DNA of 55,649 bases, filler included, from Sphacelaria rigidula (taxonomy: Eukaryota): the NCBI GenBank assembly GCA_964200075.2. It is 6 parts of 6 records of this genome, joined end to end, with 100 filler letters (N's around TTAATTAATTAA, not from the genome) between each part and the next. Parts side by side here need not be neighbours in the genome. Positions count along the whole stretch, not along the records: positions 9,293 to 18,484 come from CAXNAA020009084.1; positions 18,585 to 27,776 come from CAXNAA020009085.1; 4 more parts are not named here. One strand, 5' to 3'. Position numbers and translations under genes: made by a program. This document shows positions 11,601 to 24,570 of the stretch, piece after piece (the first letter of the stretch is position 1; the number at the start of each line of letters is the position of its first letter). The notes beneath the pieces are model-generated. The model was not told the DNA's origin. It worked only from the letters and a program-made list of their open reading frames with translations, and searched no databases.

Positions 11601-11932
11601 ATGGAAGACAACAACAAGAGCAATGCCAACAATGATAATTCGGAGAGCACCACATCACAAGCAGTGTCGGCTGCTGAGGCCAAGACAGATTCAAAGGTTG
11701 TATTTAAAAAGAAACCTAGTTTGTTCAAAAAGAAGCCAAATAGGAACAATAACGCTCCAGGTGCTGCTGCCCATGGCGGCATGAGGCGGAAGAGAGTCAA
11801 GGAGGGCTATCTTAGCAGTAGTAGCGGCAGTGAGAACGATGATGGCGGGGTGGTTAAGACTGGCAAGAGAGTTAAAAAAAGCGTCAACAGCTTTTCGACG
11901 GGCGGCGGCAGTGAAGCACGTGCGACAGCTAG
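11601..11932 (+). CDS. CWC24: Exon 1 of a CWC24/RNF113A-like pre-mRNA splicing factor (partial; zinc fingers not in the window)
   Basis: ATG 11601 to donor AG|gtatgt at 11933. LFKKKPNR..GAAAHGGMRRKR..SSSSGSENDDGGVVKTGKRVKK resembles the RNF113A N-terminus as I recall it (FLFKKPGRKGAAGRRKR..SSSDEG..VVR). The match is low-complexity, so the name is moderately uncertain. Confidence 0.6.
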
Positions 11933-12553
11933 GTATGTTCTGTCCAGCCTGACGGATGAGGTACACACAGACGGTAGGACTCATCCCAGCCGGCACCGAC
12001 CCTACAGGGTGTTGAGGTGTTGTCCGTGCCGTACTTCAGCGTATGTTTCGTATTGCCGTGTGTAGTGCAGCTTATTTGTCGACAGTACAGTTCAGTGCTG
12101 TACAGAAATAGATTACAACTGCAGCACATCATACCGTCGCACCTTTCAGTGAACTACTATACTCGACCAAGTAGAAGACATAGCACGGCACTACGGTCCT
12201 AGCAAGTACTTTACTCCGTATAATAGCGCAGGTAGCGATGACCCATACGCGTATCCAATATGAAACTCGAGTAATTAAAAATTGTGGAACCTATCCCATG
12301 CTCGTTTCTTGTTGGTACACAAGATTCGCACTTACAGGCTGTAGGATGTAGGCCGTAGCGTACTGTTGGGACTCATGACATAACCCCGTTCTTACGGTAA
12401 AAACGGGGCATATCACCTGTACGTTGCAAAGCACCCCTCCTGGCCATAACTCTCGGGGGATCAGGTTGCGGGTGTCTCTGGCACAAGACCGATACCAACA
12501 GCATTCTACCAGGGGGCGTTGCATTCTCTCTCGCGTCCGCCGCCCCAAATATC

Positions 12554-13490
12554 GGCTCACCTCCCACAGATAGGGGTAAACTCAAAGTGAAATGAAATAT
12601 CTTCGCGCGAAGCGCGATTATGGCCGAGCGTTTAAAAATCGCCGCTGGGCAAAAATCGAGGACCCACCCGAAATCAGGGGAAGAACTATCGAACGGGACA
12701 TGTCCTGTACCACTGTGCTACAGCACAAACACACTCATGCTCTGGCTTGTGTGCTGTAGGCGTCGCTGCGCTGTGGCGTCTTCGCAGGCCTTCGTGGAGA
12801 CGGTTTGATCTCCGCTGGGAGTGCTGAGTTGCTTTATATTGTCATGCCGTTCGTCTCTACGAAAAATAACGTTGTCGGCACGCCGTGCTCTCTACACACC
12901 GTTGAAACGTCCATGGTGTGTTGGCTGTTTCGTCTCGAGTCAAGAGAAGAAGGCGCTCCCCAAACCCATCATTTCTATGCTGCACTTCTCGCTGTGCCGT
13001 TGGGCATTTAAACACTCGACGACGATGACGGTGCGAAGTGCGCTGGAGAGTGCTTGAGCAGTTGTACTGCTGCATGCCGTGCTTCGGGCTGCACAGAAAT
13101 GGGTGGGGCAAGGTGCTGTCAAAACAAAGAAAGGTCGAAATAATCGTCACGTGACGACTGTACAGCTATCTGTTGAGTCTTCTCTGCTACTTCAGTTCTA
13201 GCCGGATGCTGTGATCGGGGGAAGACACGTCAGGCGGGTGCGTGCAGGTTGGGACAAACGAACTGAGCCAGCACGGAGCTGCTGTATCCTCGTATATTGC
13301 CGGTAGCAGCTATCTGTGTCGCAGCGGCGCAATGTCTGGACCAATCAAACCTGCTTTTTGACCTACCAGTTACTAATATCTCTCATCTGATTGAAGAAAA
13401 GGTCGCCGCATTTTGGTGTATTAAGAGACTCTGATTGGTCGAGAAAGTTTGCAACTCATAAATCTTGCCCCTATCTGTGGGCTCAGAGCC
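12554..13490. mobile_element. 937-bp non-autonomous DNA transposon with ~26-bp imperfect TIRs and an apparent 8-bp TSD, in intron 1 of the CWC24-like gene
   Basis: Left end ggctcacctcccacagataggggtaa; right end reverse complement ggctctgagcccacagataggggcaa. CAAATATC flanks both sides (12546-12553, 13491-13498). A second collinear copy lies at 48313-49223. Confidence 0.8.
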
Positions 13491-14174
13491 CAAATATCAC
13501 CCCCAGATGTAGCTTTCGTGTCCCAAAAGATAACGATTCGAGGGTGGCATGTTTACTTCGCAAACCTGCAGCACCAGAGCCCCTAGAGTACTGTCGTCGA
13601 AGCTCAGCCGTGTACGGGACGTGGTCACCGTCCACCATCTATGTGTACTATGGATGGGTACTCTTTGTACAGCCGTGGCGATCATCGCAACTTATTTTTG
13701 CTGCTGAACCCTTTTGATCAGGCACAGAATTTCCCGAAGCGATATGACTATGGGCTCTGTGGCTGCTATCACCTACCGTTCCGACTTTTTTTCCGAGACA
13801 AAACCCAACCATTCTTCGCTGCTCGTAATTTTCGAAGTTTGGCCTACACCGCTCTTCTCGTTTCATGATCAAGAAACGGATGCATCTTCGCAGACAAGTC
13901 CGAGGTAAATTCACGCGGGTTCACCTCAACAGGGGAACACACGGGGCTTTGGGTGACCCCAACCCTACATCCCCACCATATCACAGCATCGGGTGTAGAT
14001 GTTAGAAGTTTGAAGAAATGTATGGCACTATCCAATTACTAGTTCGTGAGATGAAGATTGACAAAGTCACCGAAGAGCTCACCCGAAAAGTGCACGGTTT
14101 ATACATGTGATTGCTGCGTTCTTGAAGTCCAAAGCAGCCGAAAGCTAAAAAAGCAGCGTTCTGTCCCACATTCT

Positions 14175-14480
14175 TCGAAGGGCAATAATCTAGAAAAGGT
14201 ATACCTTGTTTTTTTCACCGTGAATGAGATAATTTTCCTACCAAATACGCGAAGTGGGGAAAACGCGCCACATAGCCGTTTTCGCTCGAAATTCTTACGG
14301 GCACATCATCAGGGCTATGTGCTACGAAAAAGGCGAGGAAACACGTAGTGTCGACTCATACGGCCATACCGCAAAAGGGCGCCCGTTGACCGAAACCTAC
14401 CTTACCCTCGTTAGACTAGATTTCGACAGATGCATCTTGTCTAGTCATTATTTTTCCGAATACCCCTTCAGGACCGCCCT
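14175..14480 (+). repeat. Dispersed repeat (TE fragment), also at 16270-16420 and 19000-19320 in reverse; true boundaries probably wider
   Basis: ctagaaaaggtatacctt...cacatcatc.ggg...gaaacctac.ttacc...tctag..attattttt aligns to the reverse complement of 19000-19320. Confidence 0.65.
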
Positions 14481-15656
14481 GCCCATCTTTTCTAGGCGGG
14501 CGCGAACTGCCTACAGTACCCGATGTAGTCGGCGCGTGCGCTACCCGAACCTCCAGCACTGCTGCTCAAGCTTGCCACGGGCAGCACCTTCTCCACTCCA
14601 CTAACACGTACGCTCTGCCTGGCAAGTCGGCGGAAAGGTGCAGAGCGATGCCACGATGTGCTAGACACGAGAGAACTGTACACGTTGCCGACTCACCCGT
14701 TCAACGGGGAAACGGCCGCAGGACGAAAACACATAAATGACGGATCTTCCGATCTTTCCCCGGGAAAAAGCCGGCTAGCTGGTTGGCGCCGTGAGCGGAT
14801 GAATTCATAATTTCATCACCGAAAAGACACGCTCGGAGTGTTTGTTGTTAGACTCGTACCAATTATGCTAGCATAATTTTGGACATAATTCCACCTTGGC
14901 AGCATGTGTTGTCGTCCCATCTATTCTGGACGCATACAGGCATAGCGTTTTGGTGAGGAGAAAAAAGAGTACAGGATTTCAGCAAGTAGCATCAAGATTA
15001 TTATATCCACATTACTAGCATAATCGAGCGTAATTTTCTATTTCTAGAGGCTGGTGCGCTAGCCTACATCCGTGCCTCCTCCCATATTTTGGCCGAAAAG
15101 CTGCGATTGACTGCGGGTCTTGAATAAATACGTACGATCGTGCACTACTATTGTTGAAACTTTAAGCACCACCACAGCAATACAGCAGCAGTACGAGCGT
15201 GGCCAGCTGACAGTGATTTTTGAATGTTTCCGGGCCCGGCTGTGGGTAATTCGAGAAGTTGAGCGCTCAAATTTTGTCACGACATTTTTCTCATCAATCC
15301 GCACAACATTACGCGGGATGTCAAGAAAAAACAACCCAGGAAGTTGAAGTGATTTCAAGTTTCTGCAAAAACTGGAAAATGATATAAATCCGTGAAAATG
15401 AAGAAACACGTCGGCGTTCCTCGTGTTGTTGTGCGTACTTGTGTGTAGAAGATCCTGGTGCAATTTCGGCCAAAGAATCCTGAAATTGGGCCCAGCGTGG
15501 CACTTTTTGTGTGACACCGCTATGCCTCTTTAACCCGTGATACAAGAGACTCCAATTATGGAGATCGCGAGTTCAAATCCCGACAAATTCCTTTTTTTTG
15601 TTCCGTCGGAAAAGTGATACATTATGCAGTACATTTTTTTTTTTGTCTTTATTCAG

Positions 15657-15678
15657 CGGCGGTGCCGTGCGTTACCAG
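15657..15678 (+). CDS. Candidate 22-nt exon 2 of the CWC24-like gene ((S)GGAVRYQ); an alternative in-frame donor follows 15723
   Basis: Strong poly-T acceptor ttttttttgtctttattcag|; the phase matches exon 1 (AG+C = Ser); donors CAG|gttggt or TTG|gtgagc both end in phase 0. Confidence 0.45.
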
Positions 15679-17070
15679 GTTGGTCCGCAGTTCACAGCGA
15701 GATGCTCAAGTCGTGCTGATTTGGTGAGCTTGATCAGTTATGGTGTGACGTGCAAATGCGAGATTTACTGCTGGCTCAGCTCGTACAGTAGTATGTACTG
15801 TTGCAGTATATATTTTGTTACTAAAAAACTCATGAAATTGATGATATCCTAAATTCTAATAATAACAACAAATAAAAGGACATTGGTGTATCGGTGTGTC
15901 CGGTCGAAAATTGGCATCGTTGTTGAATATTCGGAGCACAATCAAGCATGATATCCACGTGGCGAGCATAAATCGAGCATGATGTTTCTGAGAATTCAAG
16001 AATGAATCGGAGCATAGCTTCCACTTTACGAGCAATGCTTCCAGTGGGATTACCAGCATTCAAAAGGGACTTTGCTGACATGATACGTAGAAGCCTATAA
16101 TAGTTGCTGTGCTTGGTGCGTGGCAAAGAACCCAGTGAAAAGGTTGATTCTGCGGGTGCTATGGTTGCTGTTGCTGAAGGTGCCGGTAGTGCACGCGCCT
16201 AATATATAGAGTACTGCAGGCAGGTCGCACCCGCCGTGAAGAGGGTGGGCAGAGCAGTTCACAAACGATATGTCGAACTCTCGTCTAACTACGGTAAGGT
16301 GGGTTTTGGTCGCCGGGCGCTCTTTTGCAGCATGATCGTACGGCGCGAGACTATGTGTTTTTCGGGGGGTAGGGGGGGGGGGATACTTGGTCCAAAATAA
16401 CACTCTTTTTCAGGCCGACAAATGAACTCCTTCCATGTTTTCGGGTGAATGAGGTATCGATGGCAGCCTATATCGGTACAGGGGAGATCTGCAATCATTT
16501 TTGTAATCGCTCCATCTCATTCCTCATCTCTTCCCCGCCGTTCGAAGATCTACATAATCCAGGTTTGATTACGTTCCACTCTGGTGTGGCTACGAGGCGA
16601 GAGCGTCTCGAAGCCTGTTTGTGGGCAAATCAGACGTGGCAAGAAAATCGAGTCTTGACGCTATCGAAGCAATTTTTTCGATGGTCAACTATCACGATCT
16701 TCTACACCATCGTTGTTTCTCTGTCCCTCCCGCGTGTTCGTTTGCCGTCATACTCCATTATTCCACACAAACCTTCCTTACTCTTGTCTCTTCCTTTACC
16801 TTCCCCCCCCACCCGCCCCCTCGCGATGAATCCGCAGAGAGGCACTAGCACGGGAGACCATGTCCTCGGGAACGGTCTTTGAGTCCACTAAGGCGGCAGC
16901 CCCCGTTCGAAACGCCGGGGACGCGACCCACTACAACGAGATAGAAACGCGAGCGGACAGGGACGCGAGGGCAATATTGGAAAAGAATGTGCGACTCAAC
17001 GAGTAAGTGGTGCTCTTCTAACATCCTGAAGTTTTCACCCCAAATTTGCCCATATTCACCCACGATCCAA

Positions 17071-17288
17071 AAGGTGGTTCCAAAATAGCAGCTGAGGGAT
17101 ATTAAGCGGGTGGTTTCCGAGTGTTTTCTGGAAAATTGCTAGCAGGTGGTTCCAGAACAGCAGCTGCGAGATATCAAGCGGGTGGTTTCCGAGTGTTCTC
17201 ATGAAGGTTTCCAGAAGGTGGTTCCAGAACAGCAGCTGCGGGGTGTTAAGCGGGTGGTTTCCGAGTGTTCTCGGGGAGGTTTCCAGAA
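17071..17288. repeat. Tandem repeat, 72-bp unit, 3 copies
   Basis: ggtggttcca.aa.agcagctg....aagcgggtggtttccgagtgtt recurs at about 17073, 17145 and 17217. Confidence 0.9.
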
Positions 17289-17818
17289 TTTTTTTCTAGA
17301 ACAGTAACTAGAAAAATCGATAGATGAGGTGTTTGCCCAAGGCTGCGAACCCCACCTAGTACTCTACCCCAAGTAGACCAAGGATCGTCCAGAGTGTCCA
17401 GGAGCAGTAGTATTGAGGTGTTGAGATACCTCTTGTAGATCAAGTGTGGTGGCCGACATGAAAGGGCTGAAAGGGAAATTCATGAAGAATGATGAGAGAA
17501 AGCGTCACACGCTCTTGAGGTACGCCGATGACACATCATGTTGGACAAGCCGTACCACCGGCTACCTGCTTGCGCCAAATTATATCGAACAACCAACCCC
17601 AACACCCCCCCCCCCCCCCCCCCCACCCAAACCACCCCCCCACCCCCCAAACACAAACCTCGCAACGGNNNNNNNNNNGTACCCCCAGTACCACTCCGTT
17701 TGGAAAAGCACACCCCCCCGCCCCCTCCTTCTCCCAAATAATAACAACCAACCCCCCCCCCCCCCCCCCCCCCCTGGAAAATCAAAGCCCGAACTCTCCC
17801 AACTATGACAATCGCAGT

Positions 17819-18193
17819 TGTGTGTGTGTGGTGGCGTTGCCATCTCATCTATTCTGGGTGCCAGTTCACACCTCGCGGTGTATGTAGGCGCATCAGCCAG
17901 GGTCATACAGGAGGAAGGCCAACACAGGAATTTTTCACTTTTCGTTTTGTTCTAGTATTCTACCTTCCTTGTGCGGTGGTTGCCTTCTTTTTTTTATCGT
18001 CAGAGGGGCTCAGCGATCCCTTTCCCTCGTCCACCGTAAAGTCGAGAACTGTGTACCCACGACATAGTCGCTCCCCACTGTGGGGCATGGTGTGAGAAAC
18101 AAATCCCAGATGGTGTGACTGCAACGAGATTCGAACCCACAATCCGACCGTAACAAGGTTAAGAGGTCACCACCCTGGACCGCCGGGGCGACC
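17819..18193 (-). mobile_element. tRNA-derived SINE copy
   Basis: Head cggtcgccccgg, B box gggttcgaatc, body and (CA)n tail as in 6190-6562. Confidence 0.78.
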
Positions 18194-18484
18194 GTCAGTT
18201 ACGATCCAAAAACCAACATCCAGAGACACGAATGAAAACAAAGCGTAAAAGGTAAAACATAAAACCAATGCCAGATTCGTGAAACGTAAGCACCCTTACC
18301 GGTCGTGTATGGCACGCAACGCGCGACCTCCCCGACGTTGGAATGGTTGAAAATGGTGACGCACCCATGAGGCAGTGTGTATGCAGTGGCTGTCTCTGGA
18401 AGTGGCGATACCAAAAAATAAAGCAACCCATTGGAGGCTGTCATCCAAATGCAAGATTATCAGTAGGCTTTGGGCCGAACAATC

Positions 18485-18584
18485 NNNNNNNNNNNNNNNN
18501 NNNNNNNNNNNNNNNNNNNNNNNNNNNNTTAATTAATTAANNNNNNNNNNNNNNNNNNNNNNNNNNNNNNNNNNNNNNNNNNNN
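18485..18584. other. Artificial linker N44-TTAATTAATTAA-N44
   Basis: Identical 100-bp spacer. Confidence 0.98.
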
Positions 18585-18999
18585 TGTGGACCCACAACTT
18601 ACAGCACGTCGGTCTCTTGTGATCCAGTGGGTTGTGGAACACTGTTGTTGTACTTTTGCGATCTCGGGGCTGGTGTCAGGGTCAAGGTAGGCTTTTCCGC
18701 CACCAACGGGCGATTTTCGCATCATCGATGGTTGGTTCAAGCAACGGATACAGTACTGGTCGTCACGCAAAGAGAACTAGAGACAGAAAAGTAACAGCGG
18801 AGAGACTTGAGAACCATTTCCGGGGAGAAGGGAGCGTGGTCGTTGTGCCGCCCATTAACGGCAAATGAGCGGGAAAAGAGCCGAAGGTGTGGGCGCCATG
18901 GTTGGAGTTGGCGCGTAGACTCCCTTGCGCGCGATGTGCTGTATCAGGTACAGTTTAGAGAGCGATGGCCCAGCACAGGTACGTTCTCGGCCGTTCGGT

Positions 19000-19320
19000 G
19001 GCCCAGAAAAGGTACGATTGAAAAATAATTCCTAGATCAGGTATACCTGGGCGAAATTTGGCCTACAAAAGGTAAGTGGTTTCTGAAGGCGAGACGTCTG
19101 TTTTCGCGTGGCCATATCTCTCGAGTAACATGTTTTTTTCCCGTTTTTTTTCGAGACCGGGGTGCCAATGGCCCCCCCGGATGATGTGCGTGAAACATTC
19201 GTAGCGAAAACAGTCAAAATGGCGTGTTTGGCTGTTTTCGCGTTCCTGGTCATTTTTCGTACCTTTCTTGGGCAAAAAACGAGAAGGTATACCTTTTCTA
19301 GTCCATTGCTCAATTATAAC
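19000..19320 (-). repeat. Dispersed repeat (TE fragment), family of 14175-14480
   Basis: Reverse-complement alignment by eye to 14175-14480. Confidence 0.65.
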
Positions 19321-19462
19321 TCATTACAAAGATCGCATTTCATCGGCGCGAGATACCTCGAGATTCCTGACTGAAGAGCCTCTGATTCGTCGAATCTTCA
19401 TCTTCACTACAAAAATCTATCTCCATGTATGGGCGTTAAGCTTACCATTCTAGTGGGGGCGT

Positions 19463-19812
19463 GAGGGTGTGTGTGTTGTCATCGCATCAACTCTGGACGC
19501 CAGTTTACACCGTTCGGTATATGTGGGCGTATCAGCCGGGGTCACACAGGAGGAAGGCCAACACAGGACTTTTCTTTTCCATGTCTTGTTTTTTCATCTA
19601 CCTTCCTTCTGCAGTGCTTGCCTTTATTTTTCATCGCGAGAAGGGTTCAGCGGGTCGATCATGAAGTCGACTTTTGTGTGTACCCACGACATAGTCGTAC
19701 TCCACTATTGGGCGTGGAGCGAGGAAAAATCCCACATCGTGTGACCTCACCGAGATTCGAACCCACGACCCAACCGCCAGACGTTTTCGGGGTTACCAAC
19801 TGAGCCACCGGG
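19463..19812 (-). mobile_element. tRNA-derived SINE copy
   Basis: A box TGGCTCAGTTGG, B box GGTTCGAATC, shared body and (CA)n tail. Confidence 0.8.
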
Positions 19813-20081
19813 AAATAGGACGCGAGAAACAGCCTCGGGGCTCGACACGAACGATACAAAACGAAAACGATATACGGCGTCCGCCGCCGTACCCCTTTTC
19901 ATCCTCCTTACCCAGCACGAAGCGCATCATCGGCTGTGATGTACTTCGCGTTGTGTAGAGAGCTGTACGAAAAGTATACCACAAGACCAGGTTGCCCTCC
20001 CCCTCCCCCTCCCCCTCACCGCGCCCAAACCCACTACTGCAACAACATGCAAAATACTTCCCACATCGGCGAGACACTCAC

Positions 20082-20308
20082 ACAATATGAAGCCCGATAC
20101 CGGCGGCAATGACGGACAGTATCTCGGTGAACTTCACCGACATGAGGTTGCTTTGAGCCCTGCTGAGCGTTTGCCAGACCACCATGATGAGCATTGTACT
20201 GCTGGTGAGGCTGAGCTTCACCTTCCACTTTTTCACCCACGCCTTTGCCCCAGGGATCGCCTCTCGACAGATTTTCCCGATGACCAGGGGAACCAGCACG
20301 GTTACCAC
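20082..20308 (-). CDS. BASS4: BASS4/SBF-like sodium/metabolite (bile acid:Na+ symporter family) cotransporter, exon 3
   Basis: aaag|GTG ... ATT GT|gtgagt; VVTVLVPLVIGKICREAIPG..WVKKWKVKLSLTSSTMLIMVVWQTLSRAQ continues exon 2 in frame. Confidence 0.88.
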
Positions 20309-20820
20309 CTTTTACAACGCATGGGCAAGAACAAAACAGAAAATCCGCGAAAAAACATTAGAGCATAGTGAGATATATTTGAAAGTGATTTGGCCAGTTA
20401 TTCAAGTCTGCCAAAAGGGGGCTTGGGCTGCGTACTTCGCCCCGCCCCTCATGCTGCAGAACCACAGGTGAAGTGTAGCGACGACGGTAATACCAAACTG
20501 TACCAGCAGCCCGACTGAAGCTTGATCTACCCGCGCGCTTTATACGAGGCTACAGATGTGCATCAAACGAACGTCAGAACAAATCACCATTCGGAGCGTT
20601 CAGAGCGAGGGGAAACACCCCGCTGTACCCCCGTTGTACACGATGGCAGCAAAAGAGTGACGATAAAAGTAGAAGCTTGCCTTGTGGCAAAATTCTGCGC
20701 GGCACGCCTCACGACTCTCGACGCAAAAGCTCCAGGCGCACGCGACCGACGATGCATACGCCCAACCCACTATACACCTCTCGAGTACTCCTGTGTTTCC
20801 CCTCTTGGAATTCCTCTCAC

Positions 20821-20961
20821 CAGTTTCACCAGCAGTTGCACCGCGTCGATGGACGCGCCCCCTGACCCCAACACCCCCTTAACGAAGAACGGTACAGTTA
20901 TGACACCCAATAAGTTTGTCGTTACCGTCAAGAGCAATGCGAGCGCGTCGTTTCCTCCAGC
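20821..20961 (-). CDS. BASS4: BASS4/SBF-like cotransporter, exon 2
   Basis: tacag|GCT ... CTG|gtgaga; AGGNDALALLLTVTTNLLGVITVPFFV is the family motif AGGNxALALxLTVxxNxLG. Confidence 0.92.
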
Positions 20962-23084
20962 CTGTACAGTAGTTTACAGTATCGTTCGCGAACGCCGGTT
21001 TGGACAAAGAACGGGTTACATGTCAATCCATGAATTGCAGCAGGAGAATCGATACACTGCTGTTGGTGGAATCCAGGAACACGGAGACGTGTTGTTGTTG
21101 GCAATGCACCAAATTTAGCGGCGACGGAGAAGGGAGAGGGGCGGGGAGCCCCTGATAGGCAACCCCTATTTCTCCAGGTCAATAATTATGTCATGTTTTG
21201 CGTGGGTGTACGACAACGCGTGGTACCCGTGTACAAGTGAGCCTTGTCGAGAAGCGTAGAATTCGCTTGCCGCCACTTTCTCCCAAAACGTACACATGCA
21301 GGTGCAGCATACCGAAGGGCCACTCGAAGCCGGGAGCAAAGGCGAACACAAGGCCGTCATCCTCATCACGCAGCGATCTCTTTTGCCTACATTACGTCCA
21401 TATCCGCAATGACATGAAAACAATCAAATAGGTGGGGATATATTCTCCATACTGTTTTTGTAGAATGTTTTGGCGTACCATACGAACGGCCTCGATATTG
21501 ACACAACTGTCAACACGGGCCCATGAGCGCACTTGAAGAGTGTGGAAACAGGTGTTAATGTCATATCAACACCATGACCGCCAGCTCCAACTTGCAGAGA
21601 TCAGCCAAGAGATCATTGTACCCCAAGAACCAGGAGAACATGAGCGCACGGAGTTCATTTTTGACATGCTTACTGTAGTAGGGAACATGATGAACGTTGG
21701 GTGGGGGGGGGGAACATGACATCTCGAACCGGTTTCGGGTACAAGTTGCCGTGCGCTCGGGGGCCTGCAACTTCCAATTTTTCGATATTTTCCGTGTTAC
21801 TCGACGAGTGGTGCAACTTTCAGTTTGGGCACCTTTTCCCTCTCCCCATTTTTTGGCCTCGTAGGAATTTTTGTTGTTGTTGCTGTTTTCCAAGAACCAC
21901 CACGAAAGCAGTGTGAAGGCCTTTCAAAGCCGCCGCTCATCAGCTGCAGGAACGTCCCAACGCACACAAACACCTGATCAGGTGAGCGTCGTCTCCGGGA
22001 AACGCCACAAACTTCGCCGCCTCACTGGTGTTTTTTTCAATTCGCTACATCAGTTCGACCTTTTCGACTTGCGGAATACTCGTGCCAAAATACCGAAAAC
22101 GGTGTAAATCTTTGCTCCCACACCAGGAAAATACTTTCAACACGCGAACCAACTTCATTTTCGGAAGTCTGACCACGTCTGGAAGCCTAATTACTTGGAT
22201 TTAGAGTTCCCAACCCCCCGCCCGACAAATTTGGGCTCAAGACTTTTCGGGTGTGGTGTCGAGATGGAAATACATGCCGCACCTCGAGCAACTGACAACG
22301 AAGCATCCCCCTGAAACGGGGGTCACTTTTACTAGCGAATGGGAGGGAGGGGAGGGGACGTGTGGTCGTCGTTTGGATATCGTTGGTGTTTGTCACTGAA
22401 CGTTGACGTCTAGCCGACAGCGAGAAGTACTTTTCGGTTCAAGTAGGCACAGTAGAGTACCCTAGGGGAGTGGAGTACGAAAACACAACGAGCGTACAAC
22501 AATAGGGCAACCAACTACAGCGCTTACGGCATTTCTGGTGCCCATTCCAACACGTCATTTCGACTCCGTCTCGAGTGGTCACCAAAACAATCGTCGTGCA
22601 GCACCGGCCCGCTAGTAAGAATTCCGCCGGGCTGAACTTCTGGGGTCAGCTTGAAAGATAGAGCCTGAAATATCGGGCTCATCTTTTGGCTCTGTACTAT
22701 TCCTTCAACCCTTAGACAGCGAGGGTCGCCTTGAAACAGTTTCGAAGGCCGACAGTCCGGGGACATCCGGGGGTTTCCAGGGGCCGGTGGGATGAGTTTT
22801 GACGGGGGGGGTGGGGGCCTGTCCGCAGAACAGCCGAAAAGCTCACGAAGTCAACCATGTGAATTTGGAAGTGTCACATGGAAAATTAAAAACCTCGGAG
22901 CCGAGCGTATCGGAAAAGTGGGCTATACTGTACTCCTGTTGGTGGGGTGAAGCAAAGTGTCTCAGACATTTGATGGCGATATTTCCTGTTTGGAGGCCAA
23001 AATCTGGAACAAATGTCCCAACACTGAAAAATTCACCCGAACAAAACATAAGCCACGGTAGGCCGTACGCCACTTCTTGTGCAA

Positions 23085-24570
23085 ACGAAAAATTCTTGGT
23101 TGAAAACTGCCTTCTTGGACACTTCTCCGTCGTTTTACGTCCGAAAAGAGGGAGGACTCAGCGGATGTTGATACGTTGGAATGACTTGCTTCACTCATGG
23201 AGACCGTTTCAGGGCACCTTTGCGCTTCCCGAGTGCCACAGTTTTATGTTTGGCCGAACTTGCGAATTCACTAATGAACGGTCAAGTTATTAAAAAACTG
23301 GAAATTTGGTGTTACTCCTTTTCGATAATACAGGCTGGTTTAAGGTGAACGACCGGAAATTACCCCCCAGCGATCGATCACGCTGTTTGTTTGGGTTAGA
23401 CCCTGAAATTTTGCTCACGGGTGCTCTGAGATATTTGGAAGGGCTGTATGAATGGGGTCGTACGATTTTTATTTTTATGTTTGCCAGATATCCGGGGTCC
23501 CAAGAGAGGGATCTTTTGTGCGTTGATTTATTCACATGTACCAGTCACCCCGTCATTACTTGATTATAGTATGCTACGGACGTTTTCCTCGTGTGCTTAA
23601 GTCGACCGTTTGGGATAATCTTTTCGAGCTACGCAACGAAACTCGGTACAAACGTTCCTTGGGCTACCTCGGGACGAGTCAACTTTGACTCTTCATCTTG
23701 AAGCAATCTGTACCGGCTTCTGGGATTCTTCACACTGGGACCCTGAAAGCAGGTAGAGAGCGAGTAAACTTTGAAATACTCTTAAACGATTTTTTCCCCA
23801 TTCGTGGCACCCATATCTACCAAACTGCGAAGTTCGAGGGTGATCGAGGGTTCTCTACGGAAGTTACAAGGGGGAACATCGAGAGTCTTTCTGGGTCTTC
23901 GATGCATATTATCAGCAAATATCCGACGACGCTAGAACCTCACATCACCGAAATGCCAGGTTTTGGGGTATAACTCGATCCCAAACGAACCGTTTTCAAA
24001 TCTGTTTCTTGCGTTAGATTCCCTAGATGATGGCGGCTACTAAGGTTTTGTTCGTCATGAGATTGCCTACACCTTGAGTCGGAAATTCGCATTTCAATTT
24101 TCAGAACAATCTCAAGGACACTGATTGGCCGAGAAACATTTTCACGTCGAATACCACGGCAAAGGACGAAAGAAAAAATCTGGCCATGTCACACTGTTCG
24201 CTTGCTCGTGGGGGTCACTATGATACCAAATATGTCTATATCAGGTGAGTCTTGCGTTCTGTATCTCGTGGGTAAATACATTTTGGGCATTCACTCTGAC
24301 CCAACCTGTATGGAGGCGGTATTTTGGAGGGTCGGCGTCGAGACAAGCAATGACCCTGAGTTTTTCCCTGTTTTCGACAACTTGACCGTTTGTTCAGTGT
24401 AAATGCAAGTTTGGCAAAAAAAAACAGCAGTCACCGGAAAACGCAAAGGTACCCTGGAACGGTCTCGACGAGTAGAGCGAGTCATTTCAAGATGTCAACA
24501 TCCGCCTAGCGCTCTTCTCGGGCGTAAAACGACAGAGAAGGGCCAAAGAAGGCAGTTTTCAACAACATAT
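23085..24570. mobile_element. Foldback-type element with long (~170-bp) inverted arms inside BASS intron 1
   Basis: 23095-23230 (ttgaaaactgccttcttgg..ctccgtcgttttacg.ccga..agag..gcggatgttga..gagaccgtt.caggg) is inverted at 24435-24563; the same arms occur at 52594-53070. Boundaries approximate. Confidence 0.7.

Noticed and set aside
17071..17288. CRISPR array or coding repeat
   Set aside because: A plain 72-bp tandem repeat; the sequence between conserved blocks is also repeated.
17446..17808. Proline-rich (extensin- or formin-like) ORF; similar at 46460-46763
   Set aside because: Derived from poly-C tracts next to an N gap or a piece end; low-quality, low-complexity sequence.
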